In this document: positions 25,831-37,920 of the stretch, piece after piece | Layout of the letters: each line of letters opens with the position of its first letter | How positions within the stretch are numbered: position 1 is the first letter of the stretch | NCBI RefSeq assembly: GCF_006345805.1 | Contig: NC_043005.1 | Coordinates: 94,612,001 to 94,676,000 of the forward strand | Direction: 5' to 3' | Length of the DNA stretch: 64,000 bases | Origin: Octopus sinensis | Lineage: Eukaryota | Translations under genes and position numbers: made by a program | The notes under the pieces: generated by a model | The model's input: only the letters and a program-made list of their open reading frames with translations | Told to the model about the DNA's origin: nothing | The model's database searches: none

Positions 25831-26856
25831 GAAAGCGTCATCGACGGGAGAAGTAACGCAATGACAAGCAAAATTATAAGATAATATTGGAAAGGGTTAA
25901 AATAAATGCTTGTTGTGAAAAGCGAAAGAATTTGTTTGACAATCCCATACATACCTTTGTGTCATTCCAAATACACTTATGACGCTATATTAACATTTGT
26001 TCTATTTTGTAGAATACTATCCTTTTACTACCAGGTAGTATATATTACACTACTACAACGTAAAACAAAAAGAAGTTGAATGTAACAGTATATGTATGTT
26101 TTAGATGGTACGAGATATTTCTTGTACGAGATAATTCTCCCAGTTTCAGCATAAAATACAATCCCAGATCAAATTACCTTCCCAACGAGTACAGTTGCGA
26201 TATATTTGGATGATTGAAAACGTAAAATTTACTGAGAACAATTAATCTCATACTGAAGTATATTTCGTTATCATCGGTAGGTCTGCAACACTAGGCACAG
26301 GCTTTCATGGCTGCTGATCTTAACTGATTGGAAGTGTTATCATCTACATTGTTTTGTCTTTGTATAAAAGATGGACTACGGCAAATACTCTGCTCAATAC
26401 AACAGATTTGCTTGTCAGTTGTTTGACCTTAACCAGTGAGTTTGTTCCTTAGTGGCTGACAATATGTGCATCTCTGACCACAAGCAGAAGTAGTGGGGGA
26501 GTATCATAGCATGTGTTGAGACGAATTCTTTGGGGTTTTAAAAATTCACCTCTGGAAACATGGGTGTTTCGTTCAACACTCTTAAATAACCCTTATTCAG
26601 GAACCTTTCGAACTGCATGGGCTACTCGACCTGAAGAAAATTCTAACTGGGCCTCCACCTGCAAGGTCATGCGCTGTTCATCTTGATATGAGATCATCAT
26701 GTCACGTACATATGGTAGTGATGCATGTGCCTGGTGTACCCTTATCAGACGGCTATTCATGATGGGTATGCTGGGCTTCGTACATTTCACCCCAGTGTCA
26801 CTTTGCTGACATGCACTGCTCTCTCACTCAATAATGATGATGATGATGACGATAAG

Positions 26857-27045
26857 ATCAGCTACTCCTCAATAAGATGAACTTAAAAGATTGTCACAAA
26901 CGACACAAAAACTTGTCAATAGCCTGGATAGACTATAAAAAAGCTTTTGATAGTCCACCACATAGCTGGATTAAGAAATGCCTGGAAATGTATAAAATAG
27001 CTCCTACTCTGCGAAACATTTTGTCTGTAAGCATGAGATCCCGAA
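26857..27045 (+). mobile_element. R4/Dong RT fragment
   Basis: DQLLLNKM...CHKRHKNLSIAWIDYKKAFDSPPHSWI, homologous to the RT at 20.4-20.6 kb. Confidence 0.8.
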
Positions 27046-27373
27046 GAACCGACATGGCTTCGGTGCTTAAAAAAGTTGTTGATTTTAGATACAAATTCAA
27101 AAGTATCCCGAATAAAAGAACTTGATCTTTTTGCAACAGAGAATGGAAAGCCACCCAGCTATTCTGAAATCTTGGCTGTACAACATTCATATCTGCTGTA
27201 AGTTGGATGCATTGGAGAAAATCTTTCGAAGTTCTTGTGTACTTTAAGGGGACCCTAAAATACAGGTGTTCTTTCTGACCACAAACATTCTGGGTTCGGC
27301 CTTATTAATGAAATTGTTTTCCTCAATTTCCAGAATCATCTTGTCAAGTTCTTCTCTGTAATCGGAGTTTGGA

Positions 27374-27715
27374 TTGACAGGTAATACAACCAACAATTTT
27401 TTCACACACGGAATTTCTACATACAGTCCACACCGCACATTGTTCATTCATCACACCAGGAGCAATCATTGTGTTTTGTTGACTAATGTTTTCGGAGATG
27501 TTTATATTTATGACAGTTTGAACTTACCAATACCGCTAGGACTATCAGCACAAATAACAATGTTGTACTCACCAGAAGAAAGCATAATTCCTAAAGTTCA
27601 ATATGTTCATATTATTAATCCCCAAGTTGGCTCCTATGATTGTGGCCTCTTTGCCTTGGCCTATGCATTTGAACTGGTCATTGGAAACGATCCAGAGTTT
27701 TTATTTGATCAATCA
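27374..27715 (+). pseudogene. Ulp1/C48-like cysteine peptidase domain fragment (probably transposon-borne)
   Basis: IHHTRSNHCV...YIYDSL...PQVGSYDCGLFALAYAFELVIGNDP...FDQS shows the H, D, Q and C residue order of clan CE peptidases. The usual HW is HC here. Confidence 0.7.
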
Positions 27716-27838
27716 AAAAAAGAAGGTAAGAGATGCGTCCATGACGTGAGGTAGCGGGAACGTAATAGTAACGCTTTCACGTGATTAGTTGAAGGGAAAG
27801 AGATGTTTGTGTACGTATGTTTGAATGCATGTGTGTGC

Positions 27839-27896
<58 letters not shown>

Positions 27897-28017
27897 GTGT
27901 ATCTGTATGTATATGTACATGTACGCGTATATGTTTGTGTAAGTATGGGTATTTGCATGTATATGTACTTATTATTTGTGTATGCATGTATGTCTATGTG
28001 TATATATATATATGGGT

Positions 28018-28049
<32 letters not shown>

Positions 28050-28299
28050 GTGTATATGTATATGTATGTGTGTATATGTATGGACTTGTAGGTTTTTTTT
28101 ATATATATGCATATATATGTGTGCGTGTATATGCGTAGATATGCGTATGTGTATTAGTATGTGCATGTGCTTATATATATGTACGTATGTGTATAGGTGT
28201 ATATGGATGTATGTGTATGTAGGTATGTATATGATGGGCGTAAGTATATATGTGTATGTATATGTAGGTATATACGTATGTGTATATGTATATATATGC

Positions 28300-28369
<70 letters not shown>

Positions 28370-28593
28370 ATCAATATAGGGTGGCAAAAAAAATTTTGTA
28401 GAATTCTTTTTGCCACCAGCGGCCTAGTGGGAAAAAATTAAATAGTCATAGACCATTTTTAAGTTCAACATCAACAATCAAGGAACGGCCATAATAGGCC
28501 ATTCACCCACTAGAAATAACAGCCAAAGCTTCAACCGCAAATAAAGATTAATTCCGTAAACAGGAGAAAATTTAAAAAACATTTACCCTGTAA

Positions 28594-28696
28594 TTCTTGT
28601 ACGATGCACCGTTTCATCTGCTGTTTAATGGTAAACTAACCTGATTAAATTAAATCAAGCCAATCTTCCATAGGCCCTCAGATTCTTCAGCAAGAA
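28594..28696 (-). ncRNA. Type I hammerhead ribozyme C1
   Basis: Minus strand: TTCTTG-CTGAAGA-ATCTG[long insert]CAGAT-GAA ACG GTGCAT CGT-A-CAAGAA. GUA triplet, cleavage between 28600 and 28599. Confidence 0.88.
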
Positions 28697-29083
28697 ATAG
28701 CCAAGTCGGAACAGATATTTTCACGAGGCATTTCCGACCCTGCCAAGGTAATATCTGACCTAAAATTTTCAAATCGTCGCACTCGCGCCAAATTTATCGG
28801 CAGCAAATAAATATAAGCCGTCGATTCCATTACGGAATTAACCAGAAAATTCATAATTAATCAATATAGGGTGGCAAAAAAAATTTTGTAGAATTCTTTT
28901 TGCCACCAGCGGCCTAGTGGGAAAAAAATTAAATAGTCATAGACCATTTTTAAGTTCAACATCAACAATCAAGGAACGGCCATAATAGGCCATTCACCCA
29001 CTAGAAATAACAGCCAAAGCTTCAACCGCAAATAAAGATTAATTCCGTAAACAGGAGAAAATTTAAAAAACATTTACCCTGTA

Positions 29084-29190
29084 ATTTCTTGTACGATGCA
29101 CCGTTTCATCTGCTGTTTAATGGTAAACTAACCTGATTAAATTAAATCAAGCCAATCTTCCATAGGCCCTCAGATTCTTCAGCAAGAAAT
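29084..29190 (-). ncRNA. Type I hammerhead ribozyme C2
   Basis: Same as C1 but with an 8-bp stem I (ATTTCTTG/CAAGAAAT). Cleavage between 29092 and 29091. Confidence 0.9.
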
Positions 29191-30190
29191 AGCCAAGTCG
29201 GAACAGATATTTTCACGAGGCATTTCCGACCCTGCCAAGGTAATATCTGACCTAAAATTTTCAAATCGTCGCACTCGCGCCAAATTTATCGGCAGCAAAT
29301 AAATATAAGCCGTCGATTCCATACGGAATTAACCAGAAAATTCATAATTAATCAATATAGGGTGGCAAAAAAAATTTTGTAGAATTCTTTTTGCCACCAG
29401 CGGCCTAGTGGGAAAAAATTAAATAGTCATAGACCATTTTTAAGTTCAACATCAACAATCAAGGAACGGCCATAATAGGCCATTCACCCACTAGAAATAA
29501 CAGCCAAAGCTTCAACCGCAAATAAAGATTAATTCCGTAAACAGGAGAAAATTTAAAAAACATTTACCCTGTAATTTACCCTGAATATGAGGGCCTATGG
29601 AAGATTGGCTTGATTTAATTTAATCAGGTTAGTTTACCATTAAACAGCAGATGAAACGGTGCATCGTACAAGAAATTACAGGGTAAATGTTTTTAAAATT
29701 TTCTCCTGTTTACGGAATTAATCTTTATTTGCGGTTGAAGCTTTGGCTGTTATTTCTAGTGGGTGAATGGCCTATTATGGCCGTTCCTTGATTGTTGATA
29801 TATATATATATATATATATATATGGACTTGTAGATTTCTGTATGTGTATATATATATGAATGTGTATGTGTGTAGATATGTATCTGTATGTACGTGTACG
29901 TATGTGTATGTACTTGCATGTATGTATATATGCGTGTAGGTATATATATGTAGGTATGCTTTTATGTACATGTGTATGCATGCATGTGTGCATATATGTG
30001 TTTATAAGCGTATGGATGCGTATATATTCGTATGTATGGTTATATGCACATATGTCTGTATATGGGCATATGCGTTTATATATGTGGGCAGATGTTTATG
30101 TGTGTTTATGTGAAAGTGGGTACATTTATGTATGTATGAATATGTGTACTTGTGTGTGTGTATGTATGTGTATACATGTATACATATATA

Positions 30191-30231
<41 letters not shown>

Positions 30232-30919
30232 TATATATATATGTGCTTGTAGAGAGAGATATATACATAAGTATGAGTGGATGAGAAGGAAATGAGCGAG
30301 AGAACATGTGTGTTTGTGTATGTGTATGAGGGTGCGTGTGACTGTGTGTGTGTGTGAGTGTTTGCGTTTGCAAGAGATAGAAAGGAAGAGGGAGAGGGGA
30401 GCGGTAAATGGATTTCATTTAGGCCTGCTTGCACCCTGGGGAGTTCTAAGAACTTTTAGGGTTCGTCAACTCCAGCGCCACTAAATGAGTGTCGGCGGGT
30501 AGGTAGGTCATATATTATACCTTTTATGACTCTGAAGAGTCAAAATAAAAATAAAAATAAAATAAGGGAGGAAGATGAGGAGAAAAAAAATATGTATATG
30601 TATGTATATATGTGAGTGTGTGTGTGTATGTGTATGTGTATATATGTGTGTATGTGTATGTGTGTGTATATATGTATATGTATGTGTATGGGTATATATA
30701 TATGTATATAATGTGTGTGTATATATGTGTGTGTATATATATATATATATGTGGGTGTGTATGGGTGTGTAAATTTTTTTATATATATATGTATATGTAT
30801 GTGTAGACATATGTGTGCGTGTGCTTGCGTATTGGCATGTATGTGTATATATATATTTGTGTGTATGTATATATGTGTGTGTGTATGTATGTGTATATGT
30901 ATATATATATATATATATA

Positions 30920-31245
30920 TAAGCGATAGTCTTCTTATTTACCTAAAACTCTATTCTATTAATCTATTTATTCATTTATCTACTTTATCACTGATCCTTT
31001 TGACCACTCTCCTAAGAAAGACAGTTTGTGCCCTGCTTACCCAAAAAGTCCCCCACCACCACCCCATTAAATCTGCCTAAATGTATAAATGCCAAAACTT
31101 ATTTTGACAGCAAGCTTCCTGATGATTTCATTTAAATGAAACAGTTCTAGTCCTGTAGAAGCTCCTTCTATAAAATAAATTAATTTACTTTGCTATGTAT
31201 TGAGTACCTTATTTACTGTGGTTAACCCCGACTCAACCCGGGACC

Positions 31246-31246
<1 letters not shown>
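30920..31246 (+). mobile_element. Penelope-type pLTR family A, diverged copy
   Basis: Homologous to 6500-6205 (minus) and 11780-11996, flanked by TA/TG microsatellites. A possible EN C-terminus remnant (KSS*NSPGCKQ vs KISEHSPNCMH) lies on minus at about 30425-30470. Confidence 0.75.
31113..31163 (+). ncRNA. Type I hammerhead ribozyme A3
   Basis: AGCTTC CTGATGA TTTCATTTAAAT GAAACAG TTCTAGTC CTGT A GAAGCT. Differences from A1/A2 are confined to stem-loop II. Confidence 0.75.
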
Positions 31247-31328
<82 letters not shown>

Positions 31329-31415
31329 TATATATATATTATATATATATATATATAATATATATATATATAATATATATATATGTGTATGTATATATAT
31401 ATGTGTATGTATATA

Positions 31416-31460
<45 letters not shown>

Positions 31461-31549
31461 ATATATATATATATCAGTTACCATGATAGATCGGTAGTCA
31501 TTACACACTTTTTTCTCTCCTTGTTTCTCTCCTTGTTTTTTGTGTCTCC

Positions 31550-31585
31550 CTTTTTGTAGAAGAGCGTAGGCTCGAAACGTTAAAG
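31550..31585 (+). ncRNA. Decayed minimal hammerhead
   Basis: CTTT-TTGTAGA-A-GAGC GTAG GCTC-GAAAC GT T-AAAG. Stems are intact, but the core has two mismatches to CTGANGA. Confidence 0.4.
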
Positions 31586-31800
31586 ACTTTTTCAATTCCT
31601 GAGCGTTATACTAATACATCTGTTTGTTTTGTACACCACTTGTCTTCGTCTTTTGTTTTTTCGTGAACTCTCCCCCCCTCCTATATATATATATAGTAAA
31701 TTCACAGAAAACAGTTCAAACAAACGAATAAAACAAAGACGGACAACATGACGTCGTGCATAAGAAATGTATTAACTTGACGCTTGGTGAAAGGAATGGA

Positions 31801-31833
31801 TTTGACGTTTCGAGCACAGCTGTTCGTCAGAAA
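31801..31833 (-). ncRNA. Minimal (Penelope-type) hammerhead
   Basis: TTT-CTGACGA-A-CAGC TGT GCTC-GAAAC GT C-AAA. Core intact, loop-less ACGT palindromic stem III, one stem II mismatch. Confidence 0.55.
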
Positions 31834-32116
31834 GGAGAAAGAGAAAAGTTCAAGGAAAGAAGAGAAATTGACAATGGTACACATGTAGCTACATTGCTGT
31901 TTGTGTGCGCATTCACGTGTTTGTGTGTGTGTGTGTATGCACACACATATACATACATACATACATACATACATACATACATACATACATACATACATAC
32001 ATACATACATAACATAACAACATAAATATACGGAATTGTGGTGTATGGCAACATGCATCTATTTGTTCCTTCTTTTCTTATTTTTCTGAGTATTGTGTTT
32101 CTATCAATATACTTAC

Positions 32117-32147
<31 letters not shown>

Positions 32148-32270
32148 TGTATGTATGTATGTATGTATGTATGTATGTATGTATGTATGTATGTATGCAT
32201 GCATGCATGTATGTATGTCTGTATGTATGTCTGTATGTGTGTATGTATGTGTGTATGTATGTATGTATGC

Positions 32271-32301
<31 letters not shown>

Positions 32302-32559
32302 AAAGTATGTATGCATGTGTCTATGTAGGAATGTATTTACGTGTATGAACATATATGTATATATATATGTATACGTACATAAATACATACATAAATTCGT
32401 GCACATATAAGTAAAACACCCCTCCCCACATACACACGCGTATGTGTGTGTGTGTGTGTGTGAGTCGCCAGTGGATTACTAATAATGTCATAAGTAAAGT
32501 TTATTTTATTAACGTCAACTCCTTGAAACACAACCCTGGAAATTTCACATTCCTGCTTC

Positions 32560-32750
32560 TGAAATATATTTTAGTTGATATTTAAGTTTTTGAGTGCCAG
32601 CCATGTCTTGTGTGGTACTTGTCTCAAGACACTGTTGTTGTTTCTTTTGGGAGTGAGAATGACGTTTTTCATTAAATAATTTTATGCAAAAGACATTAAG
32701 TAGTTTTTCTAATTTTTTTCTATTTTCTTTTAAATAACCGTCCCTTGTAG
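32560..32750 (-). mobile_element. Highly decayed Penelope/Naiad-like endonuclease remnant
   Basis: Mixed frames give ...TTVS*DKY...GW...GLCFKELTLI, resembling T.LS...W.LK...C.LC..E...I. Confidence 0.35.
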
Positions 32751-33673
32751 ACATAGATAAAAATTATGAATGGAATTCGGTAGCTTTGCATCCTCACATC
32801 ATTCCCTCCCTGCATCTCTACCATGCTACAAGTTACAACTCTATATTATCTCACCCATTTTATCACGTCTTCTAAACATGGCTGCTCAACGTATCTAAAC
32901 ACACAATTCAAATTTCACTGCCCTAGCATCACACCACAACATCCCACCACCACAAACAGCGACAACGACGACCACCACATTGTAAAACACTGTTCCGGAT
33001 ATACCTAATACATCGTACCACTACCATAACTCACCACACGCACCACTTTTCACCATCTCGTTAGAATATTAAAACCCAACACATTTCAATATATGCTTTA
33101 ACACCATCTCCAACACGTCATCCATTTTGCTACTCACCACGCTACCTCAGAGCTTGCACCAACCAGATTCACACCTCACAAATTTCTTGCTTTATTTTCT
33201 TGTAAATTACATAAGTTGTAGCATAGTTAAGACAGAAAATTGGACAGTCATGGCAGAAATTATACAAAATAAATTACTTCAAATATTTCTTATAGGACAC
33301 AACGTTGTACGAGAGTGCTAAATACAAATAGCGATAAAGCGTTATATTACTGAAAAGCAAAGTATTTATCTTTTCTTTTCCTTTTATTTTTTTATTTGTT
33401 ATATTCATTGGACTGCGGCCGTGCTGGGGCACCACATTGACGGGTGTAGTAGAACAAATCGACCACAGTGCTTATTTTTTTAAGTTTGTTACTTATTCTT
33501 CCGGTCCCTTATGCCAAACCAGTAAGTCCTCCTTGCTATGATTCAACAAAATTAAACACTCCACAAAATATTGATGTCGATAGTTTAATCACCATTAAAC
33601 GTCTGCTTTCACAAACGTTATTTCTTCAGTATAATACAAAATGTTAACATATTTTATTATATATCTTTTAAAT

Positions 33674-33770
33674 CAGTGATCCCAAACACCAGACTGCAGA
33701 CCAGTACCGGGCCGTACAGAAAGAATAAATTTATAGATTTTATCTCTATCTTAAAGGTTGAGAAGCGCTG
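33674..33770. mobile_element. hAT MITE (97 bp)
   Basis: TIRs CAGTGATCCCAAAC / GGTTGAGAAGCGCTG; 8-bp TSD TTTTAAAT / TTTTAACT (7 of 8 match). Confidence 0.7.
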
Positions 33771-34639
33771 TTTTAACTTGTACTATTCTTTATTGTTTGT
33801 GATTCACATACACGGGTGGATTATATATTTCGGTTCTGTTTATTTACGTTTTCACATTTTCCTTGTTGATGCAGTTGTTGGTACTCTCATTGTAATTGAC
33901 GTTGTCGTTATGATTGTAGCTAACGAGCAGTTTATCGTAATATTACATTTGAATTTTCTTAAAGTTGATATTTAAAAAAAAAAGACTGAAGAAACTATGA
34001 AGATGTATCTATCGCCTCTTATTGCTCTGCATAAATAGCCACCCCCACCCCCACCAGAGAGCGGTACCACTTGAGAAACACTCCTTCCAAATCTTTCCAA
34101 ATCTTTCTCAGTTTATAATCTTCCCACCTTCATGTATTGGATAATATAATCATAAGCAATAACTGAAAATATAAAGACAGGAATAGTCGTGGCTAGAACA
34201 ACTTTCGTCGTAGCTGACCTGGAGTTAAATACAAATAACAGCAAGCGCAGCAACAACAATACTAATAATAACAACAGTTACAATAACAATTGCGACACCT
34301 CCAACACTGATAGCAACAAGAAGGTTAACAAATGGTTTGAAGATTTTACTCTTGTTCCTTTAAATTTTGTTTTAAATTTCGGAATTACTTTCATATCCTT
34401 GGGTTGGAAAAATACTCAGTACTAGTAAGACACGGGTAGATTCTATTGACAATTTGCCCCTTCTCTATAAAAATTTGCTTTAGACCTACACATCTCCACG
34501 GTTTCTCTTCTCATGAAATAAACACGAACATTAATAGTCAAGGAACTTGTGAATTGATTTAAGTTTTTGTTTCTTTTTAGCTTCCGAATCTCAGGCCAAA
34601 AACCTATTATAACTTAAGCCATAGAAATTTACTGCAATG

Positions 34640-35170
34640 GAGACAGGCTCTGCGATTTTTATGATGGTTGATAACATTGAGCAATCTACCTGCATGAGAT
34701 TTTACATGAAGTTCGGCAAATCTGCTGCTAAGACCCTGCAAACGTTTCCTCTGGTTTTTTTGGTGAAACATTCTTTAGACCAAACACGCATTTCAGTGGC
34801 ACATGCGTTTGAAGATGAATCGAGTATAAGTTCAAGATTATAAGTGTTCAATTAGCAGTGAAATGCTAGAAAATGTTGAGAAATTCGTAGTCATCCACAT
34901 AAATCTCTGTCGAACAAGCCATCAGCTCTCTTGCATAACTGTTATGAGTCTGCCAGGAGATTCTCGTGATAAATCCATCATGTATCATGTTGCTACGAAG
35001 TTTCACCTGTGCTTCTTGGCACTGGATCATACCTGAGAAAGCTAACGACACAGAAAGATGCACTTAGCCCTTCAGAAGAATGCAGATTACCTATTTCTGG
35101 CATTTAAAAGAGAATCTTTGTTCCTAAAGAATGTTACCAGTGGCAATAAAGGTATGTATGCACTATAGAA
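34640..35170 (+). pseudogene. Decayed mariner transposase (N-terminal HTH through first catalytic motif)
   Basis: IEQSTCMRFYMKFGKSAAKTLQ...HSLDQTRI resembles the mariner EQR..IKF....GKSA.ET. Remnants of RV.AKFVP..L and FL..I.TGDE.W follow, with many frameshifts. Confidence 0.7.
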
Positions 35171-35689
35171 ATGTTATCCAATACTCCATTGACATAGTAA
35201 GATTATCGATGGGTCCTTCTTATCACGAAATATGCGAAGTTACTTAAAAGATCAATGAAAGCCAGTAAATGGGCCATAATAATACTTTAATGTAAAATTG
35301 AAATCCATCTTACTAATAAGTTGTCTATCTCTCAGCAGCAATCATGCATTCTTCTGTATCTCTGTTGTCGGTTTAATTGCTCTGCTTGTCGGTATTTGCT
35401 GTCTATACCACTTCCCGATATTATTTTCTAGTGTGATATAGGACACTTTACAGATACTTATCAAGAAGGATTTATCGCTAGGTTTATCAAATCTGGAAAT
35501 TATCTTTGTGAGGAATATTTCAGTCAAGCGAAATTCCGTTGTTGTCAGACAACATAGCAATATGTTCAGAGTAGCAGAGACGGTATTGTGTTGGATAACT
35601 ACTTTCCAATACTCACTTCTGTTATTTAGACATTCTGAGTTCAAGTCCCGTCAAGCCTGATTTTACTTTTAATACCATCAGAATCGATA

Positions 35690-35924
35690 AAACAAGAAGA
35701 AAACATACCCTTGCGGCGATCCAATTACCCTCTATATAAATGTATAAACCCAGTGTCAAAGTGAGGACCCTGTTATTTTCGCAGTGTCTTTTATGAGGTC
35801 ATTGCTTTGGATGTACATGAGGAATGTTTGAAGGATCTTTGGAATAGGAAGTTCGCTAGCGGTCCCCAGCCCCAAGTATATCCCTATTGGGAGAACGTCT
35901 TGTTTGCCGTAGATTTTTAATGAG
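35690..35924 (-). mobile_element. Possible I/Jockey-group LINE 3' end fragment
   Basis: ...IGIYLGLGTASELPIPKILQTFLMYIQSNDLI resembles the L..L.G......I..FL...L C-terminus. Weak match. Confidence 0.35.
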
Positions 35925-36060
35925 TGGTTGGAGATCACGCGGTCGTTAGCCTCAAATCGCCAGGTCTGGTCGGCGTTTGTGAGAGATGCAGCACTGAGGA
36001 TGAATGAAGCCAGCTCAACCCACCCCGGGTGAATGCTGTCTCAAGACAAGAAGATTGCTT
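35925..36060 (+). mobile_element. RTE-clade LINE 3' end fragment
   Basis: WLEITRSLASNRQVWSAFVRDA (W...A.DR..W...V motif), followed by a short UTR and a CAAGACAAGAAGA tail. Confidence 0.65.
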
Positions 36061-37523
36061 TGGATACATTTACCAGAAGTAGTTTCTCTTCAGTTGCATA
36101 GCTGTATCAGTATTATTCTTGAGAAAAGTATGTATGTCGCATAGTCTAATTGGCAATCTTTTATAAACTTGCTTCGCTGTAAAAACAAGATCGATACTTT
36201 GTGAGACCAAACGAACAGCAGCATAGCAGAAACAGCAATAGTCCAAAGAAACTGATTGATTATTTTTGAAACGAAAATTCTAACCAACAGAAAAAGGCTT
36301 CAGGAACTGAATCCAAATATGTATCGATGTGTCAAACGATGCCGCAAACATTTCGCAAGAGCCACTGACGTCATCCATCCTAATAACTAAATCGACCCAA
36401 TTTTTCAGATCCTGGAAGAGTTCAGGATGCTTTTATCATCACGATCTGACACTTGATCTTGTAATCATAAATATTAAATCATGGAATAATAGTAAGCGTT
36501 TTTCCTTCTTTTTCTGTTTCTTTCGTTTATTTTCGTTAAACGGTTGTTTATTGATTATGAGAAAGAGAGAGGGGGAGGGAGAGAGGAAAAAGAAAGAGAG
36601 GAGAGAATGAGAAACGGGAGAGAGAGAAAGAGGGAGAGAGAAAACGAGAGGAGAGAATGAGAAACGGGAGAGAGAAGGTTACAGGGGTAGAAGAGATAAG
36701 ATAAACAGAAAATGTGTGAGAAACATATATAAACAAAGGCAGAGCGACTAACAGGGTATGAAATCAAATCTGAGATGGCGTATATGAGAATCAGAGCACG
36801 GGAGAAAATTATGGAGGCTAACTTAGAGAAGGGCAACGGAGACGTAGGGTATTTGGGAATTTTGAACTTGGCAGAGAGAACAAGAGAGATTTATTATTGC
36901 TTTCAGACAGTTTTTCGAAATCAGTGACAGTGGTTACTGGGAAAAACATTAAATAGATATTCGCAAACAGGTCTCTCCTCATCGAAAACCGGTGATTACC
37001 GTACGTTGACAAGAGGCAAAAAACCTCAAAAATGCATTCCGTGCGTATCACTTAGGTTTACGAGAGGGTATGACCTCCCTTTGCAAATATCATAAGGGCA
37101 CAAAGTGTGCCTAAATCCAGCTGGAGACGATAATCTCCTGGGGCTAAAAGCTACAGTAACACCTAAAAGCTACAGTGGTTAGCCATATTGAGATGGCTAG
37201 TATACTTTACGATAAATCAATTATCTTGACAGAAAGATTTAAAAAGTTATATTTTTGTTTTATTATTATTTCTATTATTTTTGTTGGTTAGTCAAAGAAC
37301 AAGTGGACACACCCTTAACTTTTGCAAGCCCTCCCAAACTGCTGAGGTCGAAATTATAATTGGAATAATATGGGAGGTTGAGATCAAGGGTCATGTGTTG
37401 CTAATAATTGTCTCGTCCATCTCTGTTAGGAGCCCATATGGAAATCAATAGAATCAGGTTTAATCAAAAGCAATATCTGAAGACGATCCACTACTTCGAA
37501 ACACTTTATACCAGTAGTGCATA

Positions 37524-37920
37524 CTCTCTTTACTTGTTTCAGTCATTTGACTGCGGCCATGCTGGAGCACCGCCTTTAGTCGAGCAAATCGACCCCGGGA
37601 CTTATTCTTTGTAAGCCCAGTACTTATTCTATCGGTCTCTTTTTTGCCGAACCGCTAAGTAACGGGGACGTAAACACACCAGCATCAGTTGTCAAGCAAT
37701 GCTAGGGGGACAAACACAGACACACAAACACACACACACATATATATATACATATATACGACAGGCTTCTTTCAGTTTCCGCCTACCAAATCCACTCACA
37801 AGGCATTGGTCGGCCCGGGGCTATAGCAGAAGACACTCGCCCAAGATGCCACGCAGTGGGACTGAACCCGGAACCATGTGGTTGGTTAGCAAGCTACTTA
37901 CCACACAGCCACTCCTGTGC
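37524..37920 (-). mobile_element. SINE family 1 copy
   Basis: Collinear with 1202-1650. Confidence 0.88.

Larger units (their letters stand above)
28367..29800 (-). mobile_element. ORF-less hammerhead tandem array (family C): 2.4 head-to-tail units of 490-491 bp plus an inverted partial unit
   Basis: TCAATATAGGGTGGC at 28371, 28861 and 29352 with only single-base indels between units. Inverted copy at about 29581-29798. (TA)n on both flanks. Confidence 0.9.

Noticed and set aside
28367-29580. Regularly spaced repeats as a CRISPR array
   Set aside because: Whole 490-bp units are repeated with no unique spacers and no cas genes, in eukaryotic context.
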